DNA from: Octopus sinensis
Taxonomy: Eukaryota
Assembly (NCBI RefSeq): GCF_006345805.1
Contig: NC_043013.1
Coordinates: forward strand, 44,516,001 to 44,580,000
Length of the DNA: 64,000 nucleotides
Direction: 5' to 3'
Each line of letters begins with the position of its first letter. Position 1 is the stretch's first letter. Both the position numbers and the translations under genes were made by a program. Below are positions 1-13,749 of this stretch, piece by piece. Under the pieces are notes generated by a model. That model worked only from the letters and a program-made list of their open reading frames with translations. It had not been told where the DNA came from and made no database searches.

Positions 1-71
1 CTTGATAGAAAAAACAAAAAAAAATATTTCTTAACTTAATATACTGCCTATGTTGAAAGAGATAGTTTTTG

Positions 72-177
72 AATGTATGTGTGTGTGTGTATATATATAT
101 ATATATGTATATTTATGTATATATATATATGTATATATATATGTATGTATGTATGTATGTATATATATGTATGTATG

Positions 178-208
<31 letters not shown>

Positions 209-398
209 GTATGTATGTATATGTATGTATGTATATGTATGTATATATATATGTATGTATGTATATATATGTGTATGTATGTATATGTATGTATGTATAT
301 GTATGTATATGTATGTATGTATATATGTATGTATATATATATATTATGTATGTATATATATATGTATATGTATGTATATATATATATTATGTATGTAT

Positions 399-437
<39 letters not shown>

Positions 438-608
438 ATGTATGTATGTATATGTATGTATGTATATATATATGTATATGTATGTATGTGTATATATATA
501 TATATATATATAATATATATGTATGTATATATATATATGTGTGTGTGTGTGTGTATGTATATATATATGCGTGTATGTATATACATGCTTACACTATACA
601 CACACATA
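72..608. repeat. (TA)n/(TATG)n compound microsatellite
   Basis: Directly visible; explains ORFs 50..631, 69..410 and 73..513. Confidence 0.97.
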
Positions 609-1277
609 TGAAACAGGCTAAGAAGCAATAACATTGATAACTCTGGGGAATGTGGATTACAAAAGGGTCTGCACAGTGATAATAACAATCGATGTAGAGA
701 TATGTACTGAGTGATACTGGTAAACATCTTTGGAGTGGAAAGAGCACACAAAGAATATATTTATACATACATAATTGGTTGCCTTATTCACTGCATCTTA
801 TTGGATCAGTTCTCTGGTATTGTACAAGATCTTTTTTTTTTCATTTATTTAATCTTAGATACATTGTTTCCCCTCACTCCTCTATTCTTATTCCATTATT
901 GTCTTTTTTGAATATTATCTTTTGTTACTATCTAATTATTGATCAGCTTACAGATGCTCAGGATACATAACATATATCATCATCATCACCAGCATCATTT
1001 AATGTTCTTTTTCATGCTGTCATGGGTCGGATGGTTTGATCAACTGGTAAGGCCAGGGGCTGCACTAGGCCCCATTGTCTGTTCTGGTATGGTTTCTCTG
1101 GCTAGGTGTCCTTCCTAATGCCAACCACTCCACAGAGTGTACTGGGTGCTTTTTATGTGGCACCAACACCAGTATCAATTGTGCTGTGGCAGACAGGTCT
1201 TCTTGAGAGTATACAGCCTTGTGGACAGCTCATCAGATTCTATACAGAGACAGAGAAATGCTATGGTCCGTTGGTTG

Positions 1278-1308
<31 letters not shown>

Positions 1309-1574
1309 GGTTAGCTGAGTTAGGGGTTAAAATAATTGTCTAAGGGATAGAAGTATCCGTTACACAACCAGTATATTACCTATGCTTAACCAGGGGCATA
1401 CATATATTCAAGCATATTATGCTCACAACTTATAGGTAAAGACAAGGATAAACATGAGTTTATCAAGAATCAAAATTTAAAGACAACAGAAAATGGAGAA
1501 ATATTGATGAACAACAATTGACTTAAATCAATTATTATTTGTTAATTCAATACAAATAGACTGCATCCCATCTA

Positions 1575-3520
1575 ACAGCTGTTTGGTTTTGTGCCTGGGA
1601 GAAGCACCACTGATGCTATATTTCTGGTAAGGCAGCAGCAGGAGAAGTATGTAGCCAAAGATAAACCTCTGTACTTGGCTTTTATTGACATGGAGAAAGC
1701 CTTTGATAGGATCCCCAATCCTTTATCTGGTGGTCAATGTGGAAACTAGGGATAGATGAGTGGTTGGTGTGAGCTTTACAAACCACGTACGGGGATGCTG
1801 TCAGTAATGTGAGGGCTGGCAATGTGTATAGTGAATTCATGGTACAACTAGGGTACAACAAGCATCAGTCCTCAGCTACACTCTTGCTCATCATAGTATT
1901 CTAGGCAATAACAGAGGAATTTAAGATGGGCTGCCCCTGGAAACTCCTCTATGCTGATGACCTTGTTCTTAGAGCTGAATCACTACCAGAACTAGAGAAG
2001 AAGTTTCAGGTGTGGAAGTAAGGTCAAGAATCAAAGTAACCTAGCAAAAACCAAAGTCTTAGTATGTAGGAAAGCAGACAAATCACAAATACCCCTCAGG
2101 TAGATGGCCCTGTTAAATTTTTTAGGAAAGACGTAGGCAGAAATTTCATAAGATGTACCCAGTGCAAGCTATGGAGACATAAGAGGTGCAGCAACATCAG
2201 AGGAAGGTTAACTAGGAAAATAGGTTTTTGTGTGTGGAAGGTGCACAGGTACAATGAACACTAAAAATGTACAAAAAATAGACTCCATCAAATACCAGTG
2301 GGATAAGCTAGAGGTGGTTGATAGCTTCCATTATCTGGGTGACCAAGTCAATAGTGGAAGTGGTTGCTCTGAGAGTGTAGCTGCAAGAAGAATGGGAATA
2401 GGCTGGGCAAAGTTTAGAGAGCTCCTACTTCTGCTGGCAACAAAAGGTCTCTCCCTCAGAGTGGAAGGCAGACTGTATGATGCCTGTGTGCAAACAGCTG
2501 TGTTACACAGCAGTGAAACATGGGCTGTGACCACCGAGAACATTCACACGCTTGAAAGAAATGAAGCTAACATGCTTCGCAGGATGTGCAATGTCAGTGT
2601 GCACATACGATAATGTAAGCATCTTGAGAGAAAAGTTGGGCATAAGATGCATCCGATGCGGTGTGCAAGAGAGAAAACTATGCTGGTATGGCCATGTGAT
2701 GCATATGGACGAGGACAGCTGTGTAAAGAAGGTGCCAATCTCTAACTGTGGAAGAGGTAAACCCAGGAAGACATGGGACGAGGTGGTGAAGCATGATCTT
2801 TGAACATTGGGCCTCATGGAGGCAATGACAAGTGATCGAGACCTTTGGCAATATGCTTGAGAAGACCCGTCAAGCTAAGTGAAATCGTAGTCATGGCTGA
2901 TGCCAGTGTCACGTAACTGGCATGTAAAAAGCTTTTTTTGGACACTGGGCCTCACAGTGGCAATGTGGCCAATGCCAGTGGTATGTAAAAAGCATCTGTC
3001 GAGTGTTGGGCCCCATGGAGGCAGTGTGGCTGTGCTGGTGTCACATAACTGGCATGTAAAAAGCATCTTTCAAGTGTTATGCCTCATGGAAGCAACTTCC
3101 ACCTGTGATGGTGGCACACAAAAAGCACCTGTTGAGTGTTCGGCCTCACAGAGGCAATGTAGCCAATGCTGGTGTTGCGTACACATATAAAGCATCTTTC
3201 AAATGTTGGACCTCACAGAAGCAATGAGAAATGACTGAGACTTTTGGCAATATGCTGTGCTTGAGTAGAAGACCCATCAAGCAAAGTGAAATAGTCGTGA
3301 CAGATACTGGTGTCACACAACTGGCACCCATGCCAGTGACATATAAAAGCACCCATTACACACTTGGATTGGTTGGCACAAGGAAGGGCATCCAGCCATA
3401 GAAACCATGCTAAATCAGACTGGAGTTTTATGCAGCCCCTTAGTTTGCCAACCCTAGTCAAACTGTCCAACCCATGGCAGCATGGACAATGGATGTTAAT
3501 TTATGATGATGATGATTATG
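1575..3520 (+). mobile_element. RTE-clade LINE, 5'-truncated and degenerate (RT, Cys-rich insert, 3' UTR, (GAT)n tail)
   Basis: Frames read FGFVPG..TTDAIF, FIDMEKAFD, LLYADDLVL (about 1950), CTQCKLWxHKRC..VCGRC, FHYLG, YDACVQTAVLHSSETW, RGKPRKTW, with stops and frameshifts. 3' UTR has roughly 65-bp imperfect repeats (2880-3360) and ends GGAAGGGCATCCAGC...GATGATGAT. Confidence 0.9.
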
Positions 3521-3559
3521 TGGTATCAGCACCCATGAGTCCACAAGATTAGGGTCTCT

Positions 3560-3960
3560 CAGTTATGAGAGAGATGTAGAGGATATGCTTGTATTCATGG
3601 ACAGCCATGATTTTACTTAGTTTGGCATGTCTTGTCAAGCACAACAAACTGCCAGGAGCTTTGGTCCCCTGTCATGTGAGGTCCAACATCTAAAAACCCT
3701 TTCTCATCACTTCCTCCCACATCTTCCTGATTCTACCCCTTTCGCATGTTCTCTCCACAATTAGAGATCGGCACTTCTTGATGCATCTGTTCTCATCCAT
3801 ATGCATCATATGACCATACAAACACAGTTTTGTCTCTTGCACACCACATCCGATGCCTCTTACGCTCAAATTTCCTCTCAAATCACTTACTCTCTGTCGT
3901 ACATGCAGACCGACATTACCCATCCAGCCGAATATGCTGGCTTCATTTCTTTCGAGCCTC
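3560..3960 (-). mobile_element. RTE LINE 3' fragment
   Basis: ORF 3690..4040(-) contains RLERNEAS..LYGHMMHMDE..RGRIRKMWEEV, same family as 1575-3520. Confidence 0.85.
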
Positions 3961-4348
3961 ACAACAAAAAATAAATCAATTAAATATAACTTGGACATGA
4001 CATGCATTAAAAAAAAATCATCCCTATCACATATACACACACATACATATATATATATATATACAAGGCTTCCATTATAATGTCAATCACCTCTGGTATA
4101 CATTACAAGAAAATAAATCTACACCAAAACTTGACTGGCACTTTGTGCTGTCATCAGATGAAAAACAAAGTTAGTTGGCCTTGATGGAAAAGACACTAAA
4201 TACTTCAAGGCATTTTACCCAATGCTCTAATGAATCTAGCAATTGATACATATTTCTTTTCACTTTTTAGCTTACTCTTCACTGTTCTCTGTCACAAGCA
4301 GAAGGCAGTGATTTTCTTTTTTTAAGCTGGGCTATAGCTATATTTTTT

Positions 4349-4742
4349 ATCTTTTACTTATTTCAGTCATTGGATGGCAGCAATGCTGGGGCACCATTCT
4401 GAAGAATTTTGATAACAGAAACTGAACCCAGTACTTATTGGTTTTAAAGCTTTGTATTTATTCTATTGATTTCTTTTGCCAAACTGCTAAGTTAAGGGGA
4501 TATACACAAACCAACATGTGGTCAAGCATGGTGGGGGACAAGCAAAAAGATACACACACATACACACACACACACGTGTGCATGTGTGATGGACTTCTTT
4601 CTGTTTTTGTCAACCAAATCCATTCATAAGGCTTGGTCAGCCAGGGCTGTAGAAGACACCTGTCCAAGTTGCCATGGCCTGGGTTTGAACCCAGGACCAT
4701 AAGGTTGGAAAGCAAATTTCTTACCACAGAGCCACACCTGTA
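4349..4742 (-). mobile_element. Octopus tRNA-derived SINE, family A (GGCTGTGTGGTAAG head)
   Basis: Reverse complement of the family A consensus (A box TGGCTGTGTGG, B box GGTTCA..CC, internal microsatellite, GACTGAAACAAGTAAAAGA end). Diverged, CpG-decayed copy. Confidence 0.8.
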
Positions 4743-4773
4743 AGGGGGTTTGTGTGCATGCATCTGTGTGCAC

Positions 4774-4825
<52 letters not shown>

Positions 4826-4832
<7 letters not shown>

Positions 4833-5710
4833 GAAGGTAGGGGTAGATGAATGGATTGTGATAGCTGTGCAAGCCATGTACACAGGTTCTGTCAGTAAGG
4901 TGAGAGTTAACCAAACCAATAGTATAGTGAAAAATTTAGTTTAAAGGTAGGCATTCATCAAGGTTTAATTCTCAGTCCCCTCCTATTCACGATCATCCTC
5001 CAAACCATAATAGAGAAATTCAAGACCAGCTGCACCTGGGAACTTCTATATGCTGATGATCTTGCTCTCACTGCAGATTCTGTAACAGAACTAGAAAAGA
5101 AATTCCAGGTGTGGAAACAAAACCTGGAATCAAAGGGCCAAAAGTGAACTCAGCAAAGAATAAGGTTCTAGTAAGCAAGAAAACAGAAGGATCTTCCCCC
5201 ATCAGGTAAATGGCCCAGCTTGATATGTAGAAAAGGTGTAGGTAGGAATTCCATAGAGTGTACCCAGTGCAAGCTATGGACACACAAGATGTGCAGCGGA
5301 ATAATAGGAAAGTTATCGGAGAAAGTAGTGTTTGTATGTGGAAGATGCACAGGAGACATTAAAAGTAGACACTTGGGAAATTGATTTTCTCAAGTGTCCT
5401 GGAGGCTCTTTAGAGGTAGTAGATAATTTCTGCTACCTGGGGAACCTAATTAGCAGTAGAAGAGGCTGTACAAAAAGTGAAATTGCTAGAATAAGATGAA
5501 GAAAATTCAGAGAGCTTTTACTTCTGTTGGTAACCAAAGGGCTCTTCCTCTCTCTTTGAGTGAAAGGAAGATTGTATAATGCATGTATATGGACAGCAAT
5601 GCTACATGGTAGTGAGATGTGGGCCCTGAATGCAGAAGACATGCGCAGACTAGAGAGGAATTAAGCTAATATGCCCTGCTAGATGTGTAATGTCAGTGTA
5701 TATGTCTGAC
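4826..5710 (+). mobile_element. RTE LINE RT fragment
   Basis: MRKVGVDEWIV.., GIHQG..LSPLLF, WELLYADDLAL, CRKGVGRNSIECTQCKLWTHKMC, with frameshifts. Confidence 0.88.
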
Positions 5711-6229
5711 GCACACAAACACATAAATATGTGTCTTTTTCTTTGTTTGTCCGCCACTACCACTTGACAACCTGTGTTGGTTTGTTTACTTCCCTCTAAC
5801 TTGACAGTTCAGCAATGGATTTGACAGAATAAGTATCAGGCTTTAAAAAAATAGTACCGGGTTCGTTTCTTCAAGGTGGTGCTTCACCATGGTTGCAGTC
5901 TAATGACTGGAACTCCTACTTGCTTCAGTCGTTGGACTACAGCCATGCCGAAGAATTTTAGTCGAATGAATCGATCGCTGTACTTATTTTTTCTAAAGCC
6001 TGGTTATGGGGACATAAATACAGCAACACCGGTAGTTAAGCAGTGGTGACACATACACACACGACGAGCTTCTTTCAGTTTCCAGCTAATAAATCCACTC
6101 ACAAGGCTTTGGCTGATCCAAGGTTATAGAAGACACCTGCTTGAAGTGTCACGCAGTGAGACTCAACCTGGAACCATGTGGTTCGGAAGTCAACACACAC
6201 ACAGCCATGTTGGACAGCTGAAATCTACA

Positions 6230-6945
6230 AATTTTTTTTTCATTCTCTCTGTTTATTTTCTCTTATTCCTTTCTGTTGCAGAGCATAGGCTTGAAACATA
6301 AAAGTCTTTCATTTTTCATTTTACCTGAGCATCAAACTAATACACTTGCTTGTTGTTCATACATCTGTCTTTGTCTTTTGTTTTTCTATAAATTTCAACT
6401 ATATATATATATGATATATAAATATATATAAAAAATACAAAATGGGACAAGAGCGCACAAGACTTTGATTGGTCTGAGGTTATAGTAGAAGACCGCTGAT
6501 CTTTCTTTCTTGGTTCAGCTGTCGTCCATACAACATCTATATTCCTCCCTGTGCCTGTGAAATCTTGTATCCCTGCCATAAGGCTTTATTTTCACACATG
6601 CCAGCTTAATTTAATTTGGCCTTAGTCAAAAGACACCTGTTATTATGTCCTGTTATTTGTATTTGTGTAACATTCTCTGTTTTTTTCCGTCCTTGTTTTC
6701 ATACATATTTGCTACTTTCTTCCAAGGAATCTAATGCTCTTAGCTTAGTTTATCCTTGGGGCTGGCCAGATTGGAGCAATCTCGAGTATAACCAACCGAA
6801 ATTGCAAAGATAATCTGGAACTTGACTGAGGAAAGAAAACTCCGAATGACCGTCCTTGTTTTCTTTGTATCATCTATCTGGATGTTTTGTTGTCCCTTTT
6901 TTGTATCACCTGTCTAGATGTTTTGTCCAATTTTGTATTTTATAT
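6230..6945 (+). mobile_element. Penelope-like element terminal fragments with decayed hammerhead motifs
   Basis: T-rich terminal segments with GAGCATAGGCTTGAAAC (about 6280) and CTGAGGA..CTCCGAATGACCGTC (6826-6854). No intact ORF. Family assignment is from recalled motif layout. Confidence 0.5.
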
Positions 6946-8049
6946 ATATATAGCGGCGTACGTACACTTTGGTCTCTTATATGATATATAACCCTGAATG
7001 AGAGAGAGAGAGAGAGAGAGAGAGAAGAAAATGAGTCAAGGAGGAAGTTCCTATGTGACACTTGAACTGCAAGAAATAGTAGCGTGTTCTCACTCGGACT
7101 ACACTGTACTATCTTAAGATAAAAAAAAAAAAGAAAACAGTTATTGTTGTAAGACCAGTAAAATGCGAGGATACTAGGGACATTGTGAAACGACAAAAAA
7201 TGAAACCACTTTTCCTGAATAGAAAATAGGATGATCGTTGCTTGGCTGCTTTGTTCAACATCCTTTTTTTTTTTTTTTCATCATAGCTGATTCAGGAACC
7301 TAACGATAACAACAACAATGTGAAATAAGATGTTGTTTAGGTGCAAATCAACATTGAACGATCAAAAGCGCTTCCCCAGTGACCACCCTGTATTTAAAAA
7401 AAAAAAAACATAGTGTGTATGTGTGTTATGTATGTACCACCTGTCTTCGTCTTTTGTTTTTTTTTCGTAAACTCTCCCTATATATATATATATATGTATG
7501 TTACTTCTAGTTGGTCGAGCTACTACATGCAGATTTCCATTTCGGCTTGAAGATGATTGTGCATGAGTAAGAATGTGACATACGCTTCTATAACATAGCA
7601 TCACACACACACACACATACACACCACCTTACACAATTTCAATACCCATGTGATGTATGTGTGTGGCAACTAATATCGTGTCTGTGTGTGTATGCATAAA
7701 GAGTATCTGTATGAGCGCACGTATGTATATAACACACCAGTATTGTGTGTGTTGGTGTATGTATATACCACACCAGTATTGTATGTGTTGGTAAGTCCTG
7801 AGCGAGCAAAATGTAACCGTTACTATTCCACGAGGAAACCCAGAACATACATATGCACACATCAACATGTTCACTTTTAAGTAAAACATCAGAGTGTGGT
7901 GTGAAAGCGATTTGGTTGCTATTTCTTGTAAAGACGCCCTCATTTACTAGTATATAGTGAGTGTGTGTATGTATTACATGGATAGAGAAAGACAAAGGTA
8001 CGTATGTATACATACAAATATATTTTTTATGACATGGATTCTTAGACGG

Positions 8050-8077
<28 letters not shown>

Positions 8078-8080
<3 letters not shown>

Positions 8081-8270
8081 TCTGTTGTCTGGGGAGAGTC
8101 ATTTTCTTTTTGTGCCTTATAGTGTAACTCACTCACCGGTAAAATTTCCACTTATTTCTTATTATAGGAAAACAAAAATAAAAAATAAGGAATAAGTGAA
8201 AATTTTACCGGTGAGTGAGTTACACTATAAGGCACAAAAAGAAAATGACTCTCCCCAGACACAGCAGAAT
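8078..8270. repeat. Tail-to-tail inverted repeat (about 85-bp arms), Penelope-like
   Basis: GTCTGGGGAGAGTCATTTTC..CACTTATT followed by AATAAGTG..GAAAATGACTCTCCCCAGAC. Confidence 0.85.
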
Positions 8271-8390
8271 ATGCTTCAACACACGAACTCATATAAAGAA
8301 TCTTGCAAACCAAATCCAAAAACGAAATATATATATATATATATAGCATACGGCCGACCACATAGTGGCTCACCCTCCAAATATACATAC

Positions 8391-8432
<42 letters not shown>

Positions 8433-9229
8433 TATATATATATAATGTTATATCTTTACTGCTATGTTAAGTGCAAGTCGTCCCCAAAGTGCTGAACCAA
8501 ATTTGTTTTTACAGCCGGATGCCCATCCTATCACAAACCACTCGAGTATGAGTGGAAACCGATCTGCTTCTTAGAAAACCCATCATTCAGCAAAACACGA
8601 TTTTCACACACAAAAGGCAACATATAAATAAAATACCCGTTCGTTCCAAAGACCCAAGAAACCTTGGCTTCGGAGACAACTACGACCTCGCCCATTGAGA
8701 CCAACCTAACTTGGCAGTTAAAAGTGGATGGCGGACAGGTGCCTAATATCTCTCTCTATATTCCTATAAAAAAATTCCAGATGTGCACAGAATTACAATA
8801 GAAGTCCCACCATGTATGTATGGTGTGTGTATGTGTATCACCTTATTAAGTTAAAATTGAGTGTTTTTACAAGCATTAAAAAAAAAATAACGAACATTGA
8901 CTGAGTAAAAGGACTCAATATGCTTAGAGAATCTAATATATTTATTATATTTTAGCTGACAGTAAATCTTTTTTTTTTTTCAGTTTCGACCGGTGTGTCA
9001 CGGCTGAAACTGAGTTCGGATACGGCAGAGAGCGGGCGAAACTTGGAAATCCTTGTCAATTAAATAACACAAATGACAAGTGACGAGACGCTTTGCTGGA
9101 AGAATCCATGAAGGGGAAAAACGGACGTAAAAATGGTGATTGATTACATATGCACGTAAATGAATAATAGATTGGAAGATCAGCGTGATGGTAAGATACA
9201 GCAATACAGAGAATAGACAACACACACGA

Positions 9230-9248
9230 GTGTGTGTGTATGTGTATG

Positions 9249-9282
<34 letters not shown>

Positions 9283-9305
9283 TATGTATATATATATAGA
9301 TAGGC

Positions 9306-9371
<66 letters not shown>

Positions 9372-9470
9372 ATAGATAGGCAGATAGATAGATAGATAGA
9401 AAGTAAGATAGATAGAAAGACAGATAGATAGACAGATAGGTAGATAAATATAGATAGATAGATAGAGAGA
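9230..9470. repeat. (TA)/(CA)/(GATA)n microsatellite
   Basis: Directly visible. Confidence 0.95.
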
Positions 9471-10939
9471 GAGGTTCAGTACAGGCCATGACTAAGAATC
9501 ATACCGGTGAAGAATCTTGTCAGATAAGTCGATGATAATCAAAGAATTCAATCCTAATAAAGGTTATTAAGTAGGGCATTGAATACTAGAAACTTTGATC
9601 GTGAAAACCACCTGTGAAGTTTTTTTTATTATACGCGCACACAATTGTTACACACAAACACATACACACAATTAGCTTGAATGCAATGAGCCCATCTGAT
9701 GAGTATTAAAAAAAAAAAAATTCACACTGAACTTCCAGTTATGATCATCCTTTATTAACACGATCATCTTTTAAACTTTATTATACACCCTCACCATATT
9801 TCTGAGTGGACTTTGTTTTACTTAGAAACGCAACTGATCTCTCTCTTTTACACGTGTGTGTGTGTGTGTGGTGTGTATATATACATACAGAATACACACG
9901 AGTGTTAATAATACATACGTAATAAGTATTCATACCGATATACATACACGTATGCATAACAACCCAAATGATGTTGTCTTGACTTAGGTGCTTTCAAGAT
10001 GAGATGTAGGAAATATTTGCTCATCGACAATCACAATATTTGTTAATTGATGTTGTTTTTTTTTTCCATTTACAAGGTCGAGCAATTAAGCATTCCCAGA
10101 GATGGAGGCAGGGGATGAGTCGAGATGCATATTTACACTACCCTCCGCACCACCCCGCCGGACATTATCGACGAGAGAAGCGAAACTGCTCGTCTTCGGA
10201 AATCGATACTACCTGACTGAGTTGGCCTAAGCTGGGTAGTTTCACCTCACTACAGTGAAATAATGTTTATCTCCTGATCGGCCCTGAACAACCAGTCCTA
10301 CATAATATAATCGAAGACTTTCAAACTGTGATATCTTCGTTTTAATTTTCTAAACATACTTTGTATATCAAACAGCATATCGTTCCATGTTTAAGGCAGT
10401 AGGTGTACTATGATGAATTATCTGGCTGCTATTTCTAGTAAGTGATGATGCAACAAGGTAGAATGTTCCCGAAATCTTTCGTTTGCTGACGAAGAAACGG
10501 GAATTTACAGATTTCAATCACTACTTCTGACACTTGATCACAGATCTACCTTACAGTCACCCTATTTTAGCTGTATATATAATGAGATTTAGTTTGATTG
10601 CTTGACAGAGGTGAGGGCAATCGTGTCATTCTATATCTGATCGTCTCTATCTTTCAATACACTCACACACATATATATCTACACATACCTACATATATAT
10701 ACATACACACAAGCCGGCCAACGGTGAGTCTTCGAAGTCACTGTCAAGCTTTTCACCTTGTAGAAATACATTTTATACTTTATTCAAACGGACTGAATAA
10801 TCCTTCTGTTAATAATACTCGACAGTTTTTATGTATGGTTGTAAATAAACACACTCATAGATAAAAAAAAATAACAAACACTTATAATTCAAATACTTCT
10901 GCACAAACAAGGAAGAAAAAGAGAGAATTCCGTTAGGAA

Positions 10940-10944
<5 letters not shown>

Positions 10945-10978
<34 letters not shown>

Positions 10979-10980
10979 TA

Positions 10981-11042
<62 letters not shown>

Positions 11043-11085
11043 GATGTACTTGCATAGCAAGTGATTGTTAACTGCAATTATATAT

Positions 11086-11129
<44 letters not shown>

Positions 11130-11132
11130 TAT

Positions 11133-11175
<43 letters not shown>

Positions 11176-11182
11176 TACATAT

Positions 11183-11230
<48 letters not shown>

Positions 11231-11407
11231 TCGACCACATGGAATAGCAAAAAAAAAAAACTAATCGAAGACAGAGGAGGGGTCAATAGTCAGCAAGTAC
11301 TCGTGGCATGTTTTATTTTGCAGGGCGGCAAGTTAAACTGCAACCTAATTTCGATCTCGGGTACTAAATCCTGTTTACAAGATTTCCAGTGTTAAAACAA
11401 CATACAC

Positions 11408-11439
<32 letters not shown>

Positions 11440-11686
11440 AACACAATATATATATAGGTAATCATAATAATAATGAAATTATTGTATATATAGTGCTCAG
11501 GTGAACCACGTATATACATCTACATATATATACCTATTTTCTTTGATGATTTCAATCAATTTATTGTAATGTGTGGCAGACGATCGTTTCGTCTATAAGT
11601 GTCTCAGTGATGAAGGGTCGGTCGCAAACGTGATACCAACTAACATACCTTACATCTAATCTAACGTATATATATATGTGTGTGTG

Positions 11687-11731
<45 letters not shown>

Positions 11732-12050
11732 ATATATATATATATGATCCTATATATGTTATATATATGTATATATATATATGTTATATATATATGTATA
11801 TATAATATATATGTTATATATATATATATGATCCTATATATGTTATATATATATATGATCCTATATATGTTATATATATGTATATATATATATATGATAT
11901 ATATATATATGATCCTATATATGTTATATATATGTATATATATATATATGTTATATGTATATATATATATATGTATATATATGTATATATATATGTATAT
12001 ATATATATGTATGTATATATATGTTTATATATGTATATATATATATGTGT

Positions 12051-12083
<33 letters not shown>

Positions 12084-12270
12084 GTATATATATGTTATAT
12101 ATATGTATATATATATGTTATATATATATGTATATATATATGTGTATTTATGTATGTATGTGTATATATATATTGGAAGGTTTGGAGATTATATATATAT
12201 ATATATATATAGATATATAAGCATATTTTATATATATATGCACATACACACACACATATATCTATGTATA
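10945..12270. repeat. (TA)-rich microsatellite blocks (10945-11230, 11667-12270)
   Basis: Directly visible. A short minus-strand CR1 3' end lies at about 11462-11510. Confidence 0.93.
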
Positions 12271-12528
12271 TGTAATTTCGTTTTAAGCCTGTTTTGGTTT
12301 TTAAATGGTTATTTTAATTAAAAAAACGATATGAATTAATTTACTTACAATGTAAAGAATATTAAGCGCTGCCAATGCATTTTTAGAACAGGCAAATCCT
12401 CCGCAAACCATTGCCAAAAGCCAAAGCTGTGTGTACCAGTGCGACGCAGTTCCACGCTATTTCTCGTTTACTTCACTCAAACTCTTTTTCCTCACTCTCC
12501 CTCACTTGCTTCACCACACTCACCGCTC

Positions 12529-12757
12529 CTCTTTCTCTCACTCACATCCTCCCTTATTTTTCTCTACTTCTCTTACTCCTTCTCTTTATCACTCACTCAC
12601 ATTCTCCCTTATTTTCTCTACTTCTCTTACTCCTCCTCTTTCTCTCACTCACATTCTCCCTTATTTTCTCTACTTCTCTTACTCCTCCTCTTTCTCTCAC
12701 TCACATTCTCCCTTATTTTTCTCTACTTCTCTTACTCATCCTCTTTATCACTCACAC
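12529..12757. repeat. About 52-bp pyrimidine-rich minisatellite (about 4 copies)
   Basis: Unit CTTTCTCTCACTCACATTCTCCCTTATTTTCTCTACTTCTCTTACTCCTCCT; degenerate continuation to about 13000. Confidence 0.9.
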
Positions 12758-13279
12758 TTATCATTACCCTTTCTCTACAAATTTTGCTCCTCCACTTAAC
12801 TCTCACTTACTCAGTCTCTACTACTATTGCTCCTCCACTTCCTCTTCCTCTCACGTTAGCTTATCATTTGATTTCTACTCACTCGTTATCTCCCTCACTT
12901 TCTTTTTACCACTCTTGCTCCTCCTCTTTCACTCACTAATCCTCTATTATCCTTTCTCTTTTAATTTGCTTCGCCGCTTTACACTCACACTCTTTCATAC
13001 TTACTCTTTCTAATCCTCCTGTCTAATACTTTCTTTATGTCATTGCGTTTGCCACACTCGCCTTCTTAGTCTTTATCACTCATCCTTCACCTCACGTTTT
13101 TACACATTGCTACTCTTAATTTCTGTTTTCACTCTCATTATTTTCTGTTCTTTCCTTCGCGCCGCCCCCACTTCAGTACCGTGTCTTGTCGCACTCGCTT
13201 ACGTGCGCTACACACTCTCCTCAATTTTGTCATCTTTCGTTTATTCCTTATTTATTTGACCATTGTTTATATTACTGCA

Positions 13280-13749
13280 GAATCTTTTCGGTTTGAACGG
13301 CAGTTTTTAACATAATTTCTAGGTAACTAAAAAATTTTAAACTTCGTATACTGGTAGAATGTGTTTATAAAACATCTTTTTCTCTTGGCTTTATTGAGAA
13401 AATTCTATAGTTTGGTAAGATATTTGTTGTTTTTTTTTCTTCAATTTCTGCAATTTCAACCAATCACTGACGTCTATTGAGGTAAACAACATTCTGTGCC
13501 GTATGAATATGTCCCTCGTTTAAGAAACAGATTGGGTTTATTTTCATTTCTGAAGAAAAAAGATACCCTTCCCCAACCCCTAAGCCTAACCCTAAAACAT
13601 ATTGAAATGCAATAGATCGATACTAGGGTCATAATTATGGGTTACAATAACATATTGAAATGCAATAGATCGATACTAGGGTCATAATTATGGGTGACAA
13701 TTTCATATGACACCGCTAGAAAAAACTACCGTTCAAACCGAAAATATCC
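13280..13749. mobile_element. Non-autonomous DNA transposon, GGATCTTTTCGGTTTGAACGG TIR, 8-bp TSD (Merlin-like)
   Basis: TIRs at both ends; TSD TTACTGCA at 13272-13279 and 13750-13757; internal CCCTAA-like tract and a tandem duplication of about 53 bp (13599/13652). Confidence 0.88.

Noticed and set aside
50-631. Long Y/I/V/C/M-rich ORFs (also 11678-12321, 14472-14801, 59672-59962 and others)
   Set aside because: Translations of TA, TATG and CA microsatellites that lack stop codons.
610-970. Possible host exon near the left edge
   Set aside because: No recognisable peptide or convincing pair of splice sites on either strand.
12411-13013. Leu/Ser-rich membrane protein ORFs
   Set aside because: Pyrimidine minisatellite open in all three frames.
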